Shown here piece after piece: positions 9,732-17,554 of a DNA stretch of 32,000 bases. The stretch's first letter is position 1; the number at the start of each line of letters is the position of its first letter. The stretch is taken from the NCBI GenBank assembly GCA_016933055.1, contig JAFGBS010000001.1:210001-242000 (forward strand), written 5' to 3'. The notes below the pieces were generated by a model. It saw nothing but the letters and a program-made list of their open reading frames with translations. It was not told where the DNA came from and did no database searches. The position numbers were made by a program, and so were the translations under genes. This DNA is from Promethearchaeota archaeon. Its GTDB lineage: Archaea > Asgardarchaeota > Lokiarchaeia > Sigyniarchaeales > Promethearchaeaceae.

Positions 9732-10719
9732 TTAGATTTTTCTCCCGTACATTTTCACACAATAATGCGACTAAGGATTCCAATTGAAGAGCCATATCTG
9801 AGCCTAATGTTAAACGAAAATCGATCACACCTATTCCTTCTAATATATTAGAAATGTTTTCGATAGGAATGGATTGAGAGGTAAGAATCCAATCTAACAA
9901 CTGATACAAAAAATTACGTCCGGAAAAATGAAAATCCCTTTGTAAAACGTTCACGCTTTTCTGAAAATTGGATTTAAGAACCTCATCAGCAAACTCAGAA
10001 AAATTTTTAGGATTCAAATACCCGGCAATCTCATATAATCCCGATGTATCATTCGTATCCAATTGTGAAAATATTTGAAGAAAATTAATAGCCTTGCGTA
10101 AATCTCCCATACTTATAAGATATAGCACTTCGAAAGTGTTTTGGGGCAAGTTCAAATCTTCCTTAATCGCAATATCGCGTAATTTGTTTAATACAATTTC
10201 TTTTGGAAGAGGTGAAAATCGAAATAATGCACAACGAGATAAAAGGGGGTCAATTAATCGGTTTTCATAATTACACATTAATAAAAACCGGACATTTGGA
10301 GGAGAACGTTCAATTATTCGTCGTAATGCATGTTGGGGATCTTTTGGAATATTATCAGCTTCGTCTAAAATAACAAATTTAAGAGTGTCAGGTGGTAGGG
10401 AAATATTTTGAGTGATAGAAAATGATTTTATTTCATTCCTAACTGTATTCATTCGCACATTATCACTTGCGTTTAATTCCAAAATCAGTTCAGAAGAGAA
10501 ATTCTGTCCTAAAATGTCTTTTACAAATGCTACGGCACAAGATGTTTTTCCAGTTCCCGCGGGTCCTGAAAAAATCATATGCGGTATCTTTCTCTTCTTA
10601 GCAAAACTTTGAAGTGAAGCAACAATCCAACCTTGACCTTCAATTTCTTCCAACGAAGAGGGTCGATATTTTTCAACCCAAGGTAATGATTCTGTATATT
10701 CTCTTCCTCGACTAAACAC
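9724..10719 (-). CDS. rfcS: Replication factor C small subunit (canonical)
   Basis: PWVEKYRP, GPAGTGKT, ELNASD, ILDEADN, ALRRIIE, LLSRC and GDLRKAIN. Confidence 0.95.
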   Translation of the reverse strand: MFSRGREYTESLPWVEKYRPSSLEEIEGQGWIVASLQSFAKKRKIPHMIFSGPAGTGKTSCAVAFVKDILGQNFSSELILELNASDNVRMNTVRNEIKSFSITQNISLPPDTLKFVILDEADNIPKDPQHALRRIIERSPPNVRFLLMCNYENRLIDPLLSRCALFRFSPLPKEIVLNKLRDIAIKEDLNLPQNTFEVLYLISMGDLRKAINFLQIFSQLDTNDTSGLYEIAGYLNPKNFSEFADEVLKSNFQKSVNVLQRDFHFSGRNFLYQLLDWILTSQSIPIENISNILEGIGVIDFRLTLGSDMALQLESLVALLCENVREKNLNE

Positions 10720-10724
10720 GTGAA

Positions 10725-11210
10725 TTAATCCTCAAATTTTAGTTCCATAACTGTGTATGTAGGTCGAAATTTAAATTCATCAAACTCGAATTCATCATTG
10801 ATTTTATCGTGCAAAGCCGGATCTTGAGGGAGATTCACCTTCACCAGCCGAATATTAGATTTTCGTAATGATTCCAATGCCATCGTTAACAATCGTTTTC
10901 CTAATGATCTCCCTCTGTATTCTTTATCCACATGTATTTGTTTAATATAAGCCTCTGATGTACCAAAAGGATCCACTCGTAATTCGCTAAAGATCATTCC
11001 TGCAAGGTTCCTTGTCTTCTTATCTACAGCAACAAACGTACCATGCCGTTGTAAGGGATCAAAAATCCTTCGCATTATTCCCCAATCAAACCGTTTTTCG
11101 TCAAAAGGCTCATTTTTTTCTTTCTCTTTCACAAGATTGCGTGTTAATCGCTCAATTTCATCTTTATCTTCGGGTAATACCATTCGTAATTCGAATTCTT
11201 CCTTGTCCAT
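10725..11210 (-). CDS. GNAT-family acetyltransferase
   Basis: Acetyl-CoA-binding motif A IHVDKEYRGRSLGKRLL; 161 aa. Confidence 0.85.
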   Translation of the reverse strand: MDKEEFELRMVLPEDKDEIERLTRNLVKEKEKNEPFDEKRFDWGIMRRIFDPLQRHGTFVAVDKKTRNLAGMIFSELRVDPFGTSEAYIKQIHVDKEYRGRSLGKRLLTMALESLRKSNIRLVKVNLPQDPALHDKINDEFEFDEFKFRPTYTVMELKFED

Positions 11211-11364
11211 TATGATTTCACAGATGAATATGGGTTGACATCTTTTTTAAAATTACTTAAGAGTGAACTAAAATGGCATACTTTTAATATGAAACACTGC
11301 CAATCTTATCCCAGAGATTACTTTGTGTACAAATTAGCTCCTACTCCTTGCTCCGACAAAATTC

Positions 11365-13116
11365 GTGAAAGAAATGAAAAAATTCTTGAAAAACCTTAGG
11401 ATTATTACCTTTCTCTGCCTAATTAATGGTGGTTTGATTTATCTTGCAATATATATTCGTTCACCTACTTATGAAATACTTGCTCCTTTTGATTCAGTTT
11501 TCGAAGGAACCGCACCCGGTCAGCAAGTAGTGAATTTTTTTCGACAAGTATTTGATTTTGATTGGGAATTAGGATTAGATTATGATTATGATCCTCTTGA
11601 GGAAATGGAACCACAATCCTATGAGCGATTTGGTTCCTCTTATACACCTTTTAAATCCAAACGTATCCAACAAATCATGAATATTACCCCTATTTTATCA
11701 CCGGATAATTCAGAAGCACTCTTATTAGGATTAATTAAAAATTCAACCTCAAAATTGTATATTGAACAAATGTATATTTATCATGAACCCGAAACTAGTG
11801 GTATCATCCAAGCTATCATCGATGCTCAAGCACGTGGTGTGGAAGTAAAAGTAATTGTGGGAGAAGGAAATGATAAATCACGAGAAACTGCAACAAATTT
11901 AACCAGTTATGGAATAAACGTTCGAATATCTGTCGAAAAAGCTGCAAACGGTAACTATTTCGATGTGATGCACAATAAAGGCGTTATATCAGATGATCGA
12001 GTGTTGATAACTAGTATCAACTGGTCCCCCACTTCTATTTTTGACAACCGCGAAACTGGTGTTATAGTGGAATCATCCTTAGTAGCAGCTTATTATAAGA
12101 TGCTATTTGATTATGATTGGATTGCAAGCGAAGTATATGATCCCCTAGTACATTTCACTGATTCACACCCAATCCCCCAAATTTCTTCATCCCTACTACC
12201 ACTTGATTATAAACCACAATTTACTACTCCTTACACCTTTACTGGGGGCTTTGAGGTAGATGTGATGACCTCACCTGATAACTGTTTCGAGATTATTGAG
12301 AAAATTTTGCTCAATGCTCAACAATCAATTTATATCTCCGTTTATACCCTTAGTTCCCCATATTTATTAGAAGTATTGCGAGATCGTGTGGCGAAGGGTT
12401 TGGATGTCCGCATTTTATTGGAAGAAAATACAACATCTGCTTGGGAGAAGAAATATAACCGTCATGCCCTGTATAATCTTAGTGAAATCGGGGCGGATGG
12501 AAGCTTCGCTCAAGGCAAATGGGCAGGTGCTAAAAATGAATTTCGCTATCAGCATTCTAAATATGCAATTATTGATAATAAGACCCTGATAATATCTAGT
12601 GGTAACTGGGCACGTTCTTCTTGTCCTAAACCACAAGACGACGGAGATGTAGATGGAAATCGAGACTGGTGGATCATTATTTATGGAACTGGAGATCTAG
12701 CGGTAACATTAACCACATCTACGGATACTAAGACGGAAGAGCAAACTCATTTATCTTTGGATGTGGAAAATCCCCAAGATTATACTATAAGGGAAATCTC
12801 CTTAAATATTCAACCCCAATCGTATCTTGAGATTGTACAGAATCTTCGTATGGCGAATGGATCAACAAGTGTGAATCTAGCAGCTTATGATATACAGCAA
12901 TTCATCGGGTCCGTCCGTTTTACTAAATTTGGCATCCATAATGTCGCCATAGATATTCAATATATATTGAATGGTTCACCCGCAGTACAACATACTCAAT
13001 TTGAATTCAGCGTTTTAAAAAATGAAAAAGAAATTTTTCTTTATTATATTCTTCCTACTATTGGAGGAATAATTGTCGTGGGAGTAGTGATAGTAATTTC
13101 AAAACTGAAAATGTAA
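11365..13116 (+). CDS. Phospholipase D-superfamily protein (two HKD motifs) with N- and C-terminal TM segments
   Basis: HNKGVISD (His codon at 11971) with downstream SINWS, and HSKYAIID (His codon at 12553) with downstream SGNW. Hydrophobic stretches at aa ~13-31 and ~557-579. Confidence 0.88.
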   Translation: MKEMKKFLKNLRIITFLCLINGGLIYLAIYIRSPTYEILAPFDSVFEGTAPGQQVVNFFRQVFDFDWELGLDYDYDPLEEMEPQSYERFGSSYTPFKSKRIQQIMNITPILSPDNSEALLLGLIKNSTSKLYIEQMYIYHEPETSGIIQAIIDAQARGVEVKVIVGEGNDKSRETATNLTSYGINVRISVEKAANGNYFDVMHNKGVISDDRVLITSINWSPTSIFDNRETGVIVESSLVAAYYKMLFDYDWIASEVYDPLVHFTDSHPIPQISSSLLPLDYKPQFTTPYTFTGGFEVDVMTSPDNCFEIIEKILLNAQQSIYISVYTLSSPYLLEVLRDRVAKGLDVRILLEENTTSAWEKKYNRHALYNLSEIGADGSFAQGKWAGAKNEFRYQHSKYAIIDNKTLIISSGNWARSSCPKPQDDGDVDGNRDWWIIIYGTGDLAVTLTTSTDTKTEEQTHLSLDVENPQDYTIREISLNIQPQSYLEIVQNLRMANGSTSVNLAAYDIQQFIGSVRFTKFGIHNVAIDIQYILNGSPAVQHTQFEFSVLKNEKEIFLYYILPTIGGIIVVGVVIVISKLKM

Positions 13117-13135
13117 AATAATTTGTGACTTTCTT

Positions 13136-13411
13136 TTATCCGCCACCACGGTTTATCCATTCCGCGATATCCTCATTTTTCGTGCCACATGAGGGACAGG
13201 TATCACGTACTCCCCACACATCCAAGTTAAGATGTACACGAGTTAAGAGTTCTCCACAATTTGTGCACACTACATATTTCGCCCCACAGTTCTCACACAT
13301 CTTAAGTGAAGATTTTTCCACAAAAGGGTATCTCCTTTTTAGAATTGAATCAATCACCGTTCTAAACGCCGTACCACCACATTCATCACAAGTTGACATA
13401 ATACCTACCAT
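13136..13411 (-). CDS. Small tandem zinc-ribbon protein (4x CxxC)
   Basis: Cys at 8/11, 39/42, 49/52 and 72/75. An SD-like AAGGAG lies 8 nt upstream of the ATG. Confidence 0.8.
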   Translation of the reverse strand: MVGIMSTCDECGGTAFRTVIDSILKRRYPFVEKSSLKMCENCGAKYVVCTNCGELLTRVHLNLDVWGVRDTCPSCGTKNEDIAEWINRGGG

Positions 13412-13435
13412 ATCTTAATCTCCTTTATTTCTTTT

Positions 13436-13843
13436 CTAAACACTGGTTAAATCTTGATACAGTCGGGGAATTAACTCTTTATATTCATCATTTTCGATAT
13501 TACTGAGAATATTTGCTGCTATTTTGTTCAGAATTTCACGGTAATTATTAATCCTCTCATCTCGGCGTAACAATAATGCCACAATATAATTTTCTACTTC
13601 AATATGCTTTTCTCCTAATCCCGAGAAGAAAGAAACTACCTTGTTATTCTTCAGTGTTAATGATGAAAATCCGGGTTCGAGAGAGGAAGAAACTCCACGA
13701 TGTGAACCATAGATTTGTGTTAATAAATTATTTGTAATCTTTAGGGATTCCGGATAACTAGCTATTAAGATAGGACCGATTTCATTATCCCATTGCAAAA
13801 CCATAATTCCTAGAGGCATGTCTATATTGTCACCTTTACTCAT
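13436..13843 (-). CDS. Stand-alone uDENN/longin-like protein
   Basis: N-terminal IMVLQWDNEIGPILIASYP matches the (F/W)D-x3-GP-x5-YP pattern of uDENN/longin-type domains. It is followed by beta strands and a C-terminal helix (IVALLL...YREILNKIA). Confidence 0.6.
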   Translation of the reverse strand: MSKGDNIDMPLGIMVLQWDNEIGPILIASYPESLKITNNLLTQIYGSHRGVSSSLEPGFSSLTLKNNKVVSFFSGLGEKHIEVENYIVALLLRRDERINNYREILNKIAANILSNIENDEYKELIPRLYQDLTSV

Positions 13844-13940
13844 TAGTCACTAGTATTATAATAATTTAGAAGGATTTAACCTAACAATCTACTGGTTTTC
13901 TAATATTCTTCAATTCTTCATCTCTTCTCTTCTTCATTTA

Positions 13941-14303
13941 TCAACAGGTAGTATGAAAAACTGCAGCTACATTCTTTCTTTCCGAAAATATTTGGTTGAA
14001 CTTATCGATTAAATTTGGGGTAGTTTCCATGTGGATTTCAATATCGAGACTCTCCAACAAAACCTCTGCTTCGGGTTGAATGGGTAATACACCGGTTTGT
14101 CCTTTTCCAATAAATAAAATTTCTGGTTCGTAGGAAAGCAAGTACTTTATTTCTTCAACCCCTAATGACCGATGACCATGAATTCGGGGACTTTTCTTCT
14201 TGTTTCTTTTTTCTGTTTTACCAGACGGAAGAATATACACATCATGTGAATATAATTGCCCATCTATAGTGATTGATCCAAAACGAGTGTCATCAATTAT
14301 CAT
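13941..14303 (-). CDS. Mth938-like domain protein (DUF498/DUF598 family)
   Basis: FGSITIDG..Y.HDVYI, PEILFIGKGQTG, ETTPNLIDKFN and the C-terminal AAVFHTTC pattern. Confidence 0.85.
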   Translation of the reverse strand: MIIDDTRFGSITIDGQLYSHDVYILPSGKTEKRNKKKSPRIHGHRSLGVEEIKYLLSYEPEILFIGKGQTGVLPIQPEAEVLLESLDIEIHMETTPNLIDKFNQIFSERKNVAAVFHTTC

Positions 14304-14344
14304 CGCACAGAATGTAAAGAAAAAAAAAATATAAAGAATTTGAT

Positions 14345-15400
14345 TTAGCTAACTAAGTGGACTTTTTTCGTTTCCGCATCGATTTCCATGATGCCTTCGT
14401 TGACGTATTCTTCCACATATTTCTTACAAGTAACTAATGGAATTCCTACAGCTTTCGACATGTTAGCTATATCCATGTTTCCGATATCCCTTACTATGAA
14501 AAAAATTTTAAAAATAGGTTCCTTTTCCATGAATTTTCGTAGTTTATCAAAATTTTTGAGAATTGGTTCACTTTTTTTCTTAAATTCTGCTACAGATGAT
14601 TGATTAAACATTAATTGTTCATAATTTTTTACAGATTCATCCAATTCCGTTTGAACTTTATCGAATTTTCGAATTAAATCCTCATACTTTGTTTTTAACT
14701 CATCATACGCATGAGATTTCCTTCTCGCATCGGTTAATTCTTCTTTAGTATTCATGTCTTTTTCCAATAATTGAGTTTCGAGATCTTTAATTTTGTTGAA
14801 TGCCCCATCTCGTTCCGAAAAAATTTGCTGCTTTAAATCTGCCTCAAGTTTTCCTTTTTCTTCGATTAGTAACAAATCCTTCTGACGGACTTCATCTTGC
14901 AATCTGCCACTTAATTTTTTCTCCTCTTCAATGACTTTATTGAGTTCTTGGAGGCGAATTTTTAAACCTTGAATTTCATTTTCCTTCAATTGTATTTCTG
15001 AGCGTTTTGTGGTAAGTTCTGCTCTTAAATCCCCCATTTGGGTAAAGGATTCTTCGAATTTTTTATTAATTATTTCTTGGGTTTTTTCACTCCCGATTAA
15101 ATCTTGCTCAAGCTCCGCAATTCTCCCATATGTCATCTCTAAATTATGGTCTTTCTCCTTTAAATCCGTTCTTTGTTTAGCAATCATTCGTTTTAATTCT
15201 TCTACATCTGCGGGAACATCAAACATATGATCAATTTTTTGCTTTTGTTCCTGAATTACCTTCTGCAGATCTTCAATCATTTTGTTTTGTTTCTGAATAT
15301 GTTCTCTTAAGCGATCCATTTGATTCTTTTGTACTGCCGCTTCTTTTTCAGTTGCGGAAATATTAGCAAGAACTTTTTCCAATTCTTCTTTATCACCCAT
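14345..15400 (-). CDS. Long coiled-coil protein with C-terminal winged-helix-like domain
   Basis: About 290 aa of E/K/Q/L heptad-rich sequence, then IANMSKAVGIPLVTCKKYVEEYVNEGIMEI (HTH plus wing pattern). Confidence 0.7.
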   Translation of the reverse strand: MGDKEELEKVLANISATEKEAAVQKNQMDRLREHIQKQNKMIEDLQKVIQEQKQKIDHMFDVPADVEELKRMIAKQRTDLKEKDHNLEMTYGRIAELEQDLIGSEKTQEIINKKFEESFTQMGDLRAELTTKRSEIQLKENEIQGLKIRLQELNKVIEEEKKLSGRLQDEVRQKDLLLIEEKGKLEADLKQQIFSERDGAFNKIKDLETQLLEKDMNTKEELTDARRKSHAYDELKTKYEDLIRKFDKVQTELDESVKNYEQLMFNQSSVAEFKKKSEPILKNFDKLRKFMEKEPIFKIFFIVRDIGNMDIANMSKAVGIPLVTCKKYVEEYVNEGIMEIDAETKKVHLVS

Positions 15401-15513
15401 TATAAATGCACTCCATTACAAAAGTAATATTGATTGTGAAGTTGATTAGGTAGGATCTGCATTTTATTTCCTAAATAATCTATGCTAAATATGCACTCCA
15501 CTCCACGAAGGGA

Positions 15514-15533
15514 AAAAAAAGAATTCTTTTTTT
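15514..15533. terminator. Perfect 20-bp palindrome A7-GAATTC-T7; probable U-tract terminator of the GTPase gene
   Basis: On the minus strand it gives a U8 tract starting ~30 nt past the stop at 15550. Archaeal terminators are oligo-U tracts. Confidence 0.45.
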
Positions 15534-15549
15534 ATCTGTTCTTCCAAAC

Positions 15550-17397
15550 CTATTCTTTTTCTGACCGGTTTTTTAATTCTTCTTTTAATTGTTCTTGCAG
15601 CTGTTCTAAATTTTCGATTTGACTCTTTATGGAGGGTTCTAATTCCTCCAATTTTTTCTGTTTTTGCTCGAATTCTTCGTTAGAAATTGTTCCCAAGATG
15701 TTTTCCATGTCTAAATCAATTATATGTTTGGAGATATCGGTTAATCTCAATTTTAAATCCATGATTTGCATTCCAATTTCATTGATCCTCTGGCGTAACG
15801 ATTGATCAGAGCTAATCTCCGAGGTTTTCTCAACAGTTGTTGGTGTGTTGGGGAGAGGAGGTGAACTTTTCAATTTTTGTATGGAGGGTCTTAAGTTTGG
15901 TGGTGGTATGGGTTTAGGAGGAGCTTGAGGATCGTTTGACACTGAGGGAGGAACGGATATCGATGCGTCCGTATGAGTATTTTCTTTGGAATTAGAAGAT
16001 AGGGTGAGATCGGGACTATGATCAGTAGGGGGAATTGGTGGTTTTGCAACTGGTTTCTTAATTTTCGGTTTTGGTAACACAGAGGAAGAATTCAAGCCCT
16101 TTAGCATCATGTCCAGTTGGTCTAAGTTTGAAGATGGTTTTGGTTTCGTTCCTTGAGGAATTGATGCAGTTTTTGGTGGAATTTGAGGCGGAATTTTATT
16201 AATTGTGGATTTGATTGAACTTGGTAAAGTATCACGTGCGGGAATTTCTTCTTTTATTTGTTCTTCTCCCGGTTCAGACGAGACTTCGATGACTGGAGGA
16301 AATATATCAGAGTTGGTCTCTATTTGTGTGGATGACACCGTTATCGTTTCTTTCTCGACATTTTTCAAGATATTTTGGATTTTTAGAGCTTTCTCTTGAA
16401 ATTCTTGAGAAACCACATCATCACCCAAGGTTAAACATAAATCTGCCACATCCATAAAAATTGTAACAGCTTGTTCGAAATCACCGTTTTCTAGTGCATA
16501 TTCCGCAGCAGCTAATTTTTTATCCCTATCGATGAGAGGCTTTAATAAAGGAGATACTTCTGCGGACATTTCTAGAATATCAGCAATTATGGTGATCATT
16601 TTATCTCGGTTTGTGGGATCCGTAGCAACCATTGAATATGCTTTCACATTCAACATACGTTCTAAATCTGAAATTGGGAGTGCATTGGGGAGATCTTGTT
16701 TATTCCCAATTACTGCTTGGTGAGCAAATGGTGCTTCCTTTCTGATCAATTCTGTGAAAAACTTGCTCTTTTCAACATTTTCAAGTGTAGAATCGGTAAT
16801 AATAAGCACAGCATCGGATCCATGAACGAAATTATTCCAAAGAAACGAAAATTGTTCTTGACCTGCAAAATCCCATAGGTGAAAATGAAGATTTCCGATT
16901 TTTATTGTCGCAATATCTCCTGTAATGGTAGGAATGTGCTTTGTTGGTATTTCTTCTGCTCGAATCAAGCGAGTTATTGTCGTTTTTCCTACTCCGCTGA
17001 ATCCAACTAAAGAAATTTTCGGTCGCAAACTTTTATGGATAGTTTCAACTGTTGGATCAAATATTGCAAATGTTTTCGGATCAATATTATGTCCAAGAAC
17101 GCCTGCAAACATAGACAAGAATTCCTTTTTGCAGCGAGCAATTTCTTTTTCTATATTCTCGAATTTATCTGATAAATCAGAAATGAATAAAAACAACAGA
17201 TATTGATCCGATATCGGTAAATAAGTTATCCGGTATTTGTAGAAATCGTGGTATTTTATTTCTTCTAGGGGATATCTAAATGCATCTTTCATTATATTGC
17301 GTAATATCCCATCAAATGACTCCTCGTCCAAACTTTTTCCGTAGTTCTGGTCATAAATTAATTCCCCTTGTATGTAAATTTTAACGGCACGTAACAC
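15550..17397 (-). CDS. Multidomain small GTPase: longin-like N-domain, Arf-like G domain, helical hairpin, proline-rich linker, C-terminal coiled coil/SHOCT-like region
   Basis: G1 GFSGVGKT, G2 PT, G3 WDFAGQ, G4 NKQD (NKQDLPNA as in Arf) and G5 VAT. The N-terminal ~124 aa follow a longin-like beta/helix pattern. Confidence 0.85.
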   Translation of the reverse strand: MLRAVKIYIQGELIYDQNYGKSLDEESFDGILRNIMKDAFRYPLEEIKYHDFYKYRITYLPISDQYLLFLFISDLSDKFENIEKEIARCKKEFLSMFAGVLGHNIDPKTFAIFDPTVETIHKSLRPKISLVGFSGVGKTTITRLIRAEEIPTKHIPTITGDIATIKIGNLHFHLWDFAGQEQFSFLWNNFVHGSDAVLIITDSTLENVEKSKFFTELIRKEAPFAHQAVIGNKQDLPNALPISDLERMLNVKAYSMVATDPTNRDKMITIIADILEMSAEVSPLLKPLIDRDKKLAAAEYALENGDFEQAVTIFMDVADLCLTLGDDVVSQEFQEKALKIQNILKNVEKETITVSSTQIETNSDIFPPVIEVSSEPGEEQIKEEIPARDTLPSSIKSTINKIPPQIPPKTASIPQGTKPKPSSNLDQLDMMLKGLNSSSVLPKPKIKKPVAKPPIPPTDHSPDLTLSSNSKENTHTDASISVPPSVSNDPQAPPKPIPPPNLRPSIQKLKSSPPLPNTPTTVEKTSEISSDQSLRQRINEIGMQIMDLKLRLTDISKHIIDLDMENILGTISNEEFEQKQKKLEELEPSIKSQIENLEQLQEQLKEELKNRSEKE

Positions 17398-17554
17398 AAT
17401 TATTCACTGTATGATTAGTTGGTTTTGAATTTTGGACTTTCTTTTTCCATTATTGAAGATACTCAGCACAAATGCTAATATTATGAAAAAGATAGTTATT
17501 TTGTTCGTAAATACGTTTGTAGGAATAATTCTGGGATTGATGGATTTGCTCTTT

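Noticed and set aside
13136-13411. LysW amino-acid carrier identity for the zinc-ribbon protein
   Set aside because: It lacks the EDWGE terminus, has eight Cys, and no lysine or arginine biosynthesis genes are nearby.
13881-13937. 18-codon ORF MKKRRDEELKNIRKPVDC in frame after the Mth938 TGA-TAA; possible readthrough or selenocysteine recoding
   Set aside because: The Mth938 protein already ends at its family-typical HTTC terminus, a TAA follows the TGA, and no SECIS-like element is evident.
15553-15801. GTPase C-terminus as an ESCRT-I steadiness box
   Set aside because: The L..G.IS.EEF..K pattern fits the generic SHOCT/coiled-coil type equally well. It cannot be distinguished without a profile search.
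16045-16130. Possible WH2 actin-binding motif (LDQLDMMLKGL...LPKPKIKK) in the GTPase linker
   Set aside because: The spacing is wrong and there is no LKK[TV]-like element directly after the helix.
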